A stretch of 50,369 nt of DNA, taken from NCBI GenBank assembly GCA_900291995.1, contig OLMU01000154.1:1-50369 (forward strand). Reading direction: 5' to 3'. The translations under genes and the position numbers were made by a program. The notes below the pieces were generated by a model. The model saw only the letters and a list, made by a program, of their open reading frames with translations, was not told where the DNA came from and ran no database searches. Each line of letters begins with the position of its first letter. The first letter of the stretch is position 1. Positions 22,178-34,200 of the stretch are shown here, piece after piece. Origin of the DNA: Licmophora abbreviata. Its lineage: Eukaryota.

Positions 22178-24430
22178 CTAGCGATTCCATAGAGTCTTCT
22201 GTGTTAGCCCTCTTAGAAGACGATCCACCTGTTCAGAGCTACTAGAGACTGAAACCGTGGGTGTTATTTTCTTCGGTTTGAGGCAGGCGATGCAGTCGAC
22301 CAACTCGGGGAAGCTCGAGTGCTCACTGTACGGAACTCCATGTACACTGAAGATACCCTGCGATCGACTGGACAAAAGTCCGTTGCCTTTTGCCGCCATT
22401 GACCAGCCCGTTGGACGAAATCCTACAACGCGATCGTATCGCCTTGTGAAAACTTTGTCGTTCGAGGCATCGAAAATCGAGGGCATGTTCTTAAAGTTTA
22501 TGTGACCCAAGGGTACGACCCAAAGGCAAGTTTCCTCTTTGACTGTAGTCAAGAGCGCCAAACGCTCTTGAGGCCAATTCAGCGCTGAAAGTATCCTAAA
22601 GCGCTTCTTATCCACGTAGACTTTCATGTGGAGCCGTTCGGCGACCGAAAGGAACAGTCTTTCCTTTCCGATAGTGTAAGCCCCGAAGAGAAAAAGCGTC
22701 TTCTCGCCTTTTCGTCTCGAAGCCTCCCATTCCTTCACTGCTAGGTCTTCTGTCGCTCGGATGGCCTCTTCTTGAGAAGGGAGAGCGTACTTCTCATTGC
22801 AATACGTTGTATCAAGGAAGAGATCGTCAAGCCGCTCTTGCTGAGTAGAAAAGGCTCGCAAGGGCGCATGTCGGAGCATTGCATCTCGATTCCATCGAAA
22901 GTCACCTACGTGCAGAATACGTCGTTTTCCGACCTTAAAGAGGAACATGACCGCTCCTAAGGACAAAGCCCGACACAGATATTGGAGAGACGAACAAACG
23001 AATTCATTTTGAGAAAAAAGCATTAGCAACTGAAGGCAAACACGGGAAGTTCATTCTTTCTTGACGTACCCGGGCAGTGGTTGGCGTCGATTAGCGTGAC
23101 TTGAACTGGCCGGCCTTTGCTCTCAATGACAGCTGGGGTCATCATACCGAGGGGGTGAAGGTATTTCCGATCAACCCCGAGTTGTTGATGTACGAGGTTA
23201 GCTGTCGGGAGCGAGCAGTAGATGACCCCAGCATTCCACGACGATGTGATGCCTCCATAGTGGTCTGAATGGAAGTGAGTCAAAAAGTACTTCTCTGAAA
23301 GTGAACTGTTCAGAGGGAAAGATGGCAAGAGATACTCATATGAGGAATCGATGGGACCGAATACTTTTTGTGAAAGTTTGCTCATCCGTACCTTCTCGCA
23401 TACATAAATCCGTCGCAAACGAAATCCGTTCCCGGTATCTTCTTGTAAGAAGGGCACACGACCTGATTGTAGACAAACGCATGAGAGCGAAAGTGATGTG
23501 CTGCGAGATATGGACATAGGACATCAGAAAGCAAAAAAGTGTCGTACCTTGGAATAGTCGATTCTGCGTCGCTTTTGATACCGACCGCCGTTCGACTGCG
23601 TGGTGCTACTTGTGTGTATCATGTCTCGCTTGGAAGCAATGTCCGCCGTTTTATTGGCCCTCCGCGCTCCCGCCAAGAGCACGTTCGTCAAGGATCGCAA
23701 TTTTGTTGTCGGAAAGAACTTTTTCAAGCTTGATTGTTTCGTCGCAAATTCTGAACCTCGGCCAACTTCCATCGCAACTGCCGCCGGATTGGACGTTGCT
23801 TGGACCGTCATGCAACTGGAATCACAAAGATCGGATGCAAGTTGCAAATCTACGTCGGCGCCTTCGTGCCAGGAGTCGTCATTATGCACGTAGGGATTAA
23901 TGCTTTCCTTGGCAGATGCAGTTTTGGCAGAGCTGCTCGTCGCATTGGTGAAAAAATCGTCGTCGTCGTTCACTTTGACATCGCGACCAGTCACTCCATA
24001 CTTTTTGGAGCAGCGTTTGATATGGTTCGTGCGGCCTTTGAGCCCAGTGGATATTTTCTTAAATGAAGCGCCGCATATGAAGCAGACATCGTCATCGCCT
24101 ACGGTCTTTCCCTTGTTGAGGCGTGGCTCGGTCTGAGGCAGCGCATCTGGCTGCCGACCGCTGTCGTCGTCTTCGTCGCGCTGGACACACGACTCTCGTG
24201 CCATCGATGTTTCCATGCGAGTAGCCTGCTCTGTTTTCCCCGTCTCTGTTCGCCGACATTGCTTGCATTGGATATGTGCTGTTGATTCGATTCAGGACAG
24301 ACGAGCATTTTTTACGAGTTGGCACTGAGATGTCGATACTGAGCTACCTGTGCCAAAGCAAGTTTTACTCACCGCATGTGGACAGAAAGCGCTGTCGACA
24401 GGAGACGCAGGACCGAATCTGGCGCACCAT
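22178..24430 (-). CDS. SNM1: DNA interstrand cross-link repair nuclease SNM1/PSO2 (MBL/beta-CASP), 5 exons
   Basis: Motifs FLTHFHSDHYGG, DANHCPG, LHVGDFR, LDTTY, IGKER, PTGW and YSEHSS, plus a UBZ-like CFIC...HIKRC. Exons 24430-24373, 24278-23548, 23462-23392, 23305-23070 and 22956-22178. Confidence 0.9.
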
Positions 24431-24513
24431 GGTCAGGAGTCAGGAGATTGAGATTGTCGCCCTCTGATGATTTCTGACTTGGACCTCTTCTCAATCTTCA
24501 ATGTCGATCTGCC

Positions 24514-24533
24514 GGCGCGAAATTGGATTTGAA
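24514..24533. promoter_or_regulatory. Candidate E2F plus CHR-like elements upstream of SNM1
   Basis: GGCGCGAAA (reverse TTTCGCGCC) is followed 5 nt later by TTTGAA, about 85-100 bp upstream of the inferred ATG. Confidence 0.35.
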
Positions 24534-26193
24534 CTTATAGAATAAATGTCAGGGCAATACTAACTCTGTCGATAACCATTACAGGACGCACGACTCGTAT
24601 CATATTTCCGGGCGACCGGAAGTCTCATTTTGTTCGAAATGAAGCGCTACTGCTTGTTATATATAGACATGTGTGCGCTGGAGAAGATAGTGCATCTTGA
24701 GGACGATTCATTCTCGTTTGACGATTGAGGCTGGTCTACAGAAGTCTATGCATACCAGCGACAGGAGAATGGAAGGCTATGTACATATGTATCATACTTT
24801 TTATAAAGCGTCATTACATCAATAGCAGTACCATACACAATCTTGAGGGCATGCTTGAGTTATCTATTGGCCTTCGTCTCGGTCTTGTAGCCTCCCCTAC
24901 TAAGCATCTAGATGCATGAAATGCAATGTTGGCCCGTCTTGGGCCCTTGACCATGCAGCCCGCTAGCATGCTCACGACACAGAGTCACGACGCTCGTGCA
25001 GTCAATCAGAATGAAGAGTCCAGTCTCATCATGTTACCTCAAACGAGATGATTCACATGGGACTGTCGTGGCATGGAGGCGTACTGCCGTTCGTTGTGCC
25101 AGGTCGTCTTCGTTGAAACTCATTGTACCATCACCTCGTCTCGCTCACGATGAAGAGCCTATTTCCGACTTCATCGCAGACCATGGTTGAACAACCAAGA
25201 TATTGTGTATGCCTCATGGCGAGCTTTCGGAAGTGACTGCCTATCTCTAGCAGCGACTCCTTCTTTTTAAGTTGAACGCCGCAAGACCGAAGAAGACTCG
25301 ACTTTCTATTGTCTTTTTGGAAGAAGCCTTTCTCGGCGGTTAAATCATAGTTGAACCCGTTTCAGACCGATTCAGCCCGAATAGCATGTCTTGAAAGAGA
25401 ATCGTGACGCAGCGACCCTCATCTGTTCAGGACAACATGAAATTGAGCGTTTGTTAGAATTCCTAAATGTCGAGGTCAATTCCTTCAGCAGTTGCACGTA
25501 TGGATCGGCGCTTGGACTCATTCCATCATACAAATGCCTCGTACATAAATCGACACAGAGGTCTTGTTGCACAACGCAACAAGCAGGTCTCTCCGACTCG
25601 TCATCTACGAATATAATCATCTGGATTCCAGAGCCAACCACAACCAAACTAGCCGAAAAGAGATGACGATCATGCTTACCTGAGACGCAAGAAGAGTTCC
25701 CGGAGCTAGTCAGCAAAGAGAGAGCCATGCGAGAAGAGGATGAATTAGTGGCTGAAACTCACAGTCAGTTAAAGAGTACTACCAGGTACTTCTTTGATAG
25801 TAAACCTCAAACCTGTCCTTGAAGGAATTTTTGGCCATCACCCCGAGCCTCGGATGTGGACCGCTCTCCTGGCGCCCACCCACATGGCCGACGTTCGCTT
25901 TGAAGAATCCGCTCAACCGGCGTCGCTGTTGCGACGTCGACATTGTGTGGCTGTGCGCAACAACGACGGCGACGCGACAAAGCGGAGAGAACATTCGTGG
26001 CTATGATACAACGATACAACGCGAGTCCGGTCGGCGGACAGGTATAAAGAAGAACTTTAGAATTTCAGTACCGGACCAATAAGTAAAGAATTCGAAATGA
26101 TACTTTCCCTTCACGATCTCAGATCGAAAGACGCGACGATGCGATGCACCGCGCCCGCAGAAAGTTGAAAGTTCTGCGTCGATCTGTTTGACG

Positions 26194-28183
26194 ATGATGC
26201 AGCGACAATGGCGGCTGCTTTGGTCGATATTTCTGTTGCTGGGAGAGGCTATGAGCTTCACCGGCACCTCAATACTCGATAACTTTGGTAAAGGTGCTCA
26301 GAAGGCTCCGAAAAGCTCCGAAACGGCGTTGTGGGGGGCAGGAAGGAAGAAAGATGTGAACGTCCCAGATGACGACTACGAAGAACAATCGTCAATGCCT
26401 GCAACGAAACGAAACCCGGGTCGGCTGAGACCAAAAAGACCGAAAGTCATTACTGATCAAATGACGGAACGCCGTTTGGAAGCACAGAAGCGACACGCTG
26501 AGGCACTGAAGGACCCGACGTTGCTGACAAACGTAAATTTCGCCGACCGCAACGATATGCACCCGTCCACCAAGCGCGCGCTCACCCAAATCATGGGCCT
26601 CCAGTCCATGACCGAGGTGCAACTCCAGACATACGCGGCAGCGCTAGATGGAAAGTCTGTAGTCGCGCGTGCACGTACTGGTACAGGAAAGACCCTTGCA
26701 TTTCTATTACCGATTGTTGAGCGACTGTTGTCGGGAGACCGAAAGATATACAGGCAGGGGCAGAATATTGGAGCGCTCATAGTCGCTCCCAGTAGAGAGC
26801 TAGCGATTCAGATTGCGGACGAGGCCAGAGTCCTTCTGCAATTGCACGGCCTGACTGCACAGTGTATTTATGGGGGCACCAAACTGCAGCGCGACACGGC
26901 GCTCATGACCAAGGAAATCCCTGCCGTATTGGTCGCAACGCCTGGGAGATTGCTTGCTCACATTGAGCAGACACGGATACGCAGTCGACGTTTTCAAGAT
27001 GTACTCTCCGAAACAAATATCGTTACGCTGGATGAAACTGATCGTCTGCTTGACATGGGGTTTCAAAAGGAAGTCAAGAGGATTCTGTCTTGCTTGCCAA
27101 GGTCTGATAAGAGACAGACTTTTCTGTTCTCTGCCACGATTCCTTTGAAACTACGATCGGCAATGCGAGACATAATGGGGAGTGATTTCGTCGAGGTGGA
27201 CTGTTTGACGATTGCAGAAGAAGAGCAACAGACAAACTTGCGTGTCAGGCAGTCGTATATGCTCCTCGATAGCACGGAAAGCTACATTTCCGCGTTGGTG
27301 GCGACTTTGTCGCTGATTATGCGAGATACGCCTGACTTCAAGGTCGTTGTCTTCTTCCCAGCTGCAAAGCTAGTTCGTTTCTTTGTCGACATCTTTACCG
27401 TTGCACTAGGAAATCGAGTGATCGAGCTGCACTCTCGAATGTCGCAGTCTGCGCGACAGCGAGCGAGCTCAGAGTTTCGAAGCAAGAAGCAGCGATCGAT
27501 CTTGTTTACAAGCGATGGTGCGTCATGTATACATTTTGTTGTGCTCCTCCATCACTACAGGGGAATTCTCAATCTCGCTTTTGCTGTCTGTCTTTTGCAT
27601 TCTCAGTGTCGGCGAGAGGGATTGACTATCCCCGCGTGACACATGTAGTACAGGTACGAGACTTCTGCAGGTGATCGCGGGCAATATATGTGTCTCGCCC
27701 TCACCCTTAAATCTGTTTGACTGTTGCCAGTATGGATACCCGGAGAATGATGTCACCTACGTTCACCGCCTGGGGCGAACTGCCCGAGCAGGGAGAAGCG
27801 GGGAGGGACTACTCATTCTCTTTCCTTTTGAACGATCTAGGATATCAGCGTTGAAAAAAAACAATGTCGAAGAAATTAAACCCATGAAATCGGACAGAAT
27901 AATCGACGCCGCTACAAAAGAAAATTTGCTAGCTGCATTGCAACGGATACGGAGCGGTGATCTCAAGTTGACTCGGTCTGCAGAGGGGGCATACCGAGCT
28001 TTTCTTGCATGTTATATTGCACAAGCTGCTGACTTGGGGTTAAGCCACGAAGAAGTTGTTAGTTATGCGAATAAATTCGCGCGCTTCTCCGGGCTGCCAG
28101 GGCCCCCTAGTCTCTCCGAGAAGATTGCCTCCAGGTTGGGGATCAGCAAGGTATATGGTCTTAATATTGAACGCGAGCAATGA
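26194..28183 (+). CDS. DEAD-box RNA helicase (Mss116-like), probably plastid-targeted, 3 exons
   Basis: Q motif MTEVQ, ARTGTGKT, PSRELA, TPGRL, DETD, SAT, SARGID and HRLGRTAR. Introns 27518-27606 and 27654-27730. Signal peptide ends AMS-F. Confidence 0.92.
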
Positions 28184-28270
28184 ACTATGCAAGACGAACA
28201 ACATAATATCGTTATCTAGAGTCAATCAGATGCTATGGCGACTGACGTCAATATCAGTCATCGACACACT

Positions 28271-31200
28271 CTAAAGCCAGGCCCGGAAGCTCGTGGGCAT
28301 CATGCACAGCGTTTCCTGATTGGAGGCCTTATCGACTAGTCGTCTCACTTTCGCGTCGACCGGCTCCTTGGCATTATTGTTGTCTTCGTTGCGACCCTTT
28401 GGTGCGCAGTCGGCGACCCGCCTCTGCGAATCAGAGACGTTTCGAGAGACTCTATCTGCTAGGTGCTTTTCGAGGTCACGGGTCTTGGAATCGCTTTTAG
28501 CCATGGACTTGGATGTATACCACGACACGATATCATCACGAAGAAGGAGTCGAAGTACAGGATCAAGATTGCCTTCGTGATTGCTTACAGCCCTGGCGAC
28601 GGTCGACATCGATGGAATGAAACAACCCTCGAGAATAGTGGGACCGAGCAAGACTTTGATGTTGGGTGTCATTCGAAACGGGACCTGGCGAGGCTCAAGA
28701 AAGCCTGAATATTTTAAGTATGGGTTGTGCAAGTTAGAAGTGAATTGGAACTTGCAGTCACAAGGAACGATCGTCGCATACCTTGATTACTATACTCGAA
28801 TCGATAATCCGGCGCAAGTGTCCTTCCACGGTTCAGAACGAACGCAAACCTTGTTGGCGTCCTTTCAACCACACAGAAAGCATACTGCAACACAGAGTCG
28901 GCAGCCAGCTGTCCTGCAAACTGTCTTCGAAAGTGAAAGAGAGCTTCTGCTCCATCTAATCTCGTCGCAACATATTTAAGGAGCATATTTGGATCAGAAT
29001 GAGCATCACAGATTTCTCGAAACGCATCTAGTTTCGACGACATCTCTAACTGCGACGTATCGGTCTCGTCGCGTGCCTCGAGCTTTCTTGCCTGTACAAA
29101 CTCGGCGGCCTTCTGGTGGAACAGCTTGGCAACCGATCTAGCGTCAGTATCGTTTCTCTCACAGAATTCGTGGTGAATGCGATCTAGAGAGGTCCAGCTC
29201 TCCTCCTCGGCGACCATTCGCAGGCGCTGCGCGATCGGGATGATAGGCGTCGGCTGCAGAGACAAGAGATTCCTTGCGCTCGAGGTCTCCCGCCGCAGTA
29301 ACTTGTCCGTCAAGAATTGAAGCTGGGCCGTACGCTCGTCGGTGCGTGTCCAATACGGAATAGCAAACTGGAGCAAGAAGTTTCGCTTCGTCCCATCGTT
29401 CCCGACCATTCCAAGTCTGCGCACCAGCTGCTCGTTCCGCTGAACTACCTGGATGGAACACTCGAAACGAATCAGTTTTGAGTGAAGCTCCGGACAAGGC
29501 CTACTATCCTGCGCGCTTGTTACATTTGGAGCGTACTGGCCAGGGATCTCAATTGCGGATGCTCCTCCACCAAAATCGCCGCTACAGCCTTCAAGTGATG
29601 CCGAGTTAAGGACTGTTCGTGCCGCCATAGCGGCAGCCGCACTGGCTGCTCTTGCTGAAGAGGTCGTGGATTGCGCAAGGGCATCTTCTGCGCCAGGTGA
29701 TGCATCCAGTTGGGGCGACGATCGACTCGTGGGTCTGGGATCACAGGATCCAGGCCACAGGTCTGGCGCCCAGCTAGCAAAAGTCGCCATTGATGTGGAA
29801 GACTCGACGAGCGGGATAGACGATGGAGTCAGCGAAACCTGCGCCTCGAGTAGTTGCTTCCATTTTTTCAATCGACTTAGGTAGAGATACAGCGGCAGAT
29901 CATGCGCTGAAACCTCTTCCTTTTCAGTCTTTTCCGTCGCATCACTTAAACGCTTCTCTGAAGACTTCGGGTCGGTTTGCTCCGCAGCCTCGCCCACCCT
30001 TCTTTCCAAATCCTTCTGGTCGTCCCTCGTCTCCAGCGCACTAGGAACACTTACTTGAAAGTCAGACTCGAAAAGAGCCATATATTTTCGCTTGAATTCG
30101 GCAGTTTTCTTTGCACGATCATCTTTTCTATTCGATCCGTGTTCCGGAGATTGCGGGCGAAAGAACTTTGCTGAGATTCTTAAGAGCGTTTTCGATACCG
30201 ACGCCACGACACCTCGTTCGTCCTCTGCTCTTTTCTCGGCTTGTGCAAAGCTGTCTTCCTGGCTCTCGGCCCTCTCTAGAAGGGCTGTGATGTAGGCCAG
30301 AAGCTCCTCTTCGTACGAGGGTCGAAATTTTACTATAAGCTCTTCCAGTACCGCCTCCAAGGAGCTCCAGAGCGTCGCGTGAGATCGCCGCAAGATCGAC
30401 ATAAGCTCTTCTGCAAATACGACAGAGCCATGGTGGTGGGGTGCGGAAGAAGACGACCCGCTCCCTCTAGATCGATCCACGTCTCTCCTTTCGAGATAGA
30501 AAGCCCTCAGAGGATAGTACAGAGCCTGTGGATAGGCCTTTACAACAGTGGCAAGGATGGCTTTGACAGCTCTCCCTTCCGTCCGGCAAAGGCTGCTCAA
30601 AAGCTGCGGAATCCAGGGTAGCCAAACCCACGGTTGCAGCGTGACTGCTCTCAATTCGAGCGTCTGACAAAGGATGCCTGGCGCAGAACCGTCCTTGTTG
30701 AGCATCCACAAACATTTGGGAAGGTTCATCCGTGTCCAGTCATTCGCATCGCACTGAATTGCTTCAGTATAGCACCCCATCGCCTGCGCGAGGTATTGCG
30801 CTACTTTCTTCGATGATGATGCCGAATCCTGTGTGAGCGTTCGTGAGATGAAGAATGCCAAGTGTGAGAAATGGCATTTCAAGATATGCAAGATCAAAGG
30901 TACGGTTCGAACTTGCCTTTCGTACATCTGGGTCGGTTTTGGTCACCTCTATTTGGCTCTGTCTCTCGGCGAGTCTCCCCAGGGATGAACAAAGATCGCC
31001 CCAACTCGCCCACGCTCTCCCGTGAGTTGGGCAGACCTGGACAGCGTGGCGGAAGGCGTCGTTGGCTTTCGATCGGCCGCCCAAAGATGCCAAGAACGCA
31101 CCTTTCAGTCGGAACAGCTCTCCTTTCTGCGAGGCATCAAAGAACGATAGATTTGTATTGTTAACGAGATTGAGCCCCCCGGTTCGCTGCAACTCAGTCG

Positions 31201-34200
31201 CTTCGGAGTAATGAGACAAAATTTGCTCTCGCAATTTCGAAAATGCATCTGCGACGTCTATTGCGCTGTCTGACAATTTGCTAAGGGACAACAAGGCGGC
31301 CTTCGAAAATCATGACATGGCAGTGGTAAGAGCCTGACAAGGCAAAGTATAAAGCATGGGCGTCAAGCCCCGGCTTACCTGACCGAGACCCTGTTTCCTT
31401 GCTGTCTTGGCCATTCGAACGGCCGTCCATGGCTTGTCGTGTAGAGTCGCCAGGGTGTTTGGCTCGCTCCAACTGAAATTCGAGGTGATTGCGCTGAACA
31501 TGTGCATGCGCCATAGGAAGACATCATCCCACTCAGCCAAACGATCAAAGTCATTAGGCAGGCGGTGCCTCCATGCACTAGGATGACGGCAGAAAATGGT
31601 GCAATGTTAGCGCGAGAGACTAAAACTAATTCTCCGCTTCGGAATGACACTTACGTCAGAAGATTCTTCAAGTCAGGCAACGTTCTGCGGTTGGAGTGGT
31701 TGCTCGTCTCTACCATGATCTGTCCGGACTCTCTAAGCTCAACCAGCCGATGGAAGAAGTGAAGCAAATCTGAATGAGCGTGTGATCCTGAAGACATCGC
31801 AGGTAATAGTTGCCATCGGTGAAGAGTAAGTTGGGCGGTCTGCGCATGTAGATTCTCCACTTCACTTAGTTTGCCCTCGTTGATGGCAAGTAGGATTTCA
31901 GTCATCTTGACAGCTGGATCTCCCCTCTCTACAGCCTCCCCCAGCAATGGTGAAGAGCACAACAAACGTAGCTGCCCCCAATCCTGAAGCTTCCATGACG
32001 AATCTAACTGTAAGTAGGGATCTCCAGAAGCAGAAGCGTACTCCGAAACTACCTGTAACTGACACATTTCCTTCTGTAAATCAATCCACCTGGATTCCCA
32101 AAGGTCCATTTCAGAGTCGCACGGGGAAGTGGTAGCTTCCTCTACACCTCGCTGGCGTTCCATGAGATCACTGTAGGCATCAACGGCCTCTTCGATCATC
32201 CCATACATGTCAAGCGAGATGGCGCGCTTCGACTCAGGCAGTCGGCAAGATCGAGATGCAAGACTTAAAACTATTCTGTTTTCACCCAGTCGTTCGTAGC
32301 ATCGTTGTACAGCTGACGAAATCTTTTCTCGCTCCTCTCTTCCCTCCAAGCTCAAATGGATTCTTGACATGATACTGAGTTGCTGTTCAAGCAGGTGTAG
32401 AACCTCGTGCGACGAATTGTAATTCTCGGCGAGATATAAGAGCAGATTTGAGTCCATGATGGGAAGCGGCCGAAGCCTGGCAATTGCCTTCAGAAAGGAT
32501 TTTATGGCATTTGAAACATGCCTCGGCTGCGGGAGCGCAAGATCATGCAGAGCAACAGGGGCACTGCTGCACTCGATGATCTGAGAATGGTGCGGCTTCG
32601 CTAGAAGACTCTCAAACGCGGACGCAAGTGAAAATCTCATTCCATCGCTTGGAAGCTGCCTCCATACAGTTTCAATTAGGCTCTCAAGCATCTGCTGATA
32701 GAGCGGGAAGTCGGCGTGTGCAAGTCTTGCTACGGCATCGACGGCCCTTTCGCGCCCCCTTTGACCCAGATAGTCTTCATCCGCAATCGAGACGCAAAAG
32801 TTAGCGTACGCGTCCAAAGCAAAGGATTCTTCTGCAGACGATTCAGTTAACAGAGGTGCAGGGAACCACGGTTCACTGTTCTTGCTGTCTATCCTGCTGA
32901 AAGCTGGTCTACTCAGAAGAAGCACGTCAACGAAGACAGCGCCCCATAATCTTCCACCAAGCCCCTCGAAGTCGCTGTGGCAGAGCTGCCACATAATGTC
33001 AAACGACGAACGTTGCTGGAAGTCATCGTCCGATTCATCTGTTAGTTCCTTGTCCTCAGAGTTTCCGTGCTGACGCGCGTAGAGCTTCAGAACTCTTGAT
33101 CGAACAAGCCGGTTGGGGGTCAGTAGACAAGATGAGAGCGCTCGGTTCAATAGTACGTCTTCGCTCTCGCTGAACCGTGGTCGCCCCTCATGAACCACAA
33201 AGCTCTCGCGGGGATGAGAACTTGAAGCACCCTCGCTGTAAACGTTTAGAATGAAGGAGGCGACGAGGTCTGACAGCGGCTGAGAAGCGTCGTCGCTCAG
33301 CCCATTGAAGTCAAACGAAGCAAGTTTCCATAAGAAAGCGCTTTTTTCCTTTAGAGTCATGGGACCGCGTCCATTATCGGTTAGCAGCCAGTGGCCGACC
33401 GAGGATACAGCTGTCATCAAAAGTTGAAGATTGTCGCTTTTGTCCAAGATCATGCTGAGCGTCTGAAAGAAGCCTTTTCTGGCAGATGTGAATGAAAAAG
33501 GAGTGCGACTCGACCTCAGAAGTCGGATCGATAGAGTAAGGCTCATGAGTGCCGTTCCCAGTACACCAACCGTTGCTGAACTGGCGGCGACATGACGGTT
33601 GTTCGATCCACCCAAATTGGAGAAAGTCGAACCGACCTGAGCGAGAATACCTGCTACAGGTGTGAAGCTCTTCTCTTGAAAAGAGGACGACCCCAACTGT
33701 GGGGCTGAATTTGTCACCTGCCGGTGGGTCGAGGATACATCTTCAATATGCCTGCTGCACAACCAGCTGGCTAGAGACACCAATGATCCCGTAAACGGCT
33801 CAACGAACTTCGGGTTCGACTTGCAAATTGTATCGATGATTTCTACCGAGAAATATGCTGAGCAAGAGCCGCCAACTTTCCCTTCATCTGAGGGAAACCC
33901 TCTGAATCTATCTGACGACTCTCCTCCAGATGTTCCAGAGGTTGGTGCCATGTCATCGCCAGAGATCGCCTCAAGAATCAGACCCTCGAGAAGAACGCGT
34001 ACTTTTACTGCGCCATTACGATCCACCAGAGGGAGGTCCTTCGCTGTCATCACGGCGACAACGAAATCTCGTAACTTCCTACGAAGTTCCCCGCATCCTC
34101 GCTGCCGAACCCGGCCGAAACAAGGTCCCAATATCGTCGTCACTTTGTCCGAATTATCGGCAAAGAAGGCGCTCCCGTGTGACTCTTCCACCAGAATATT

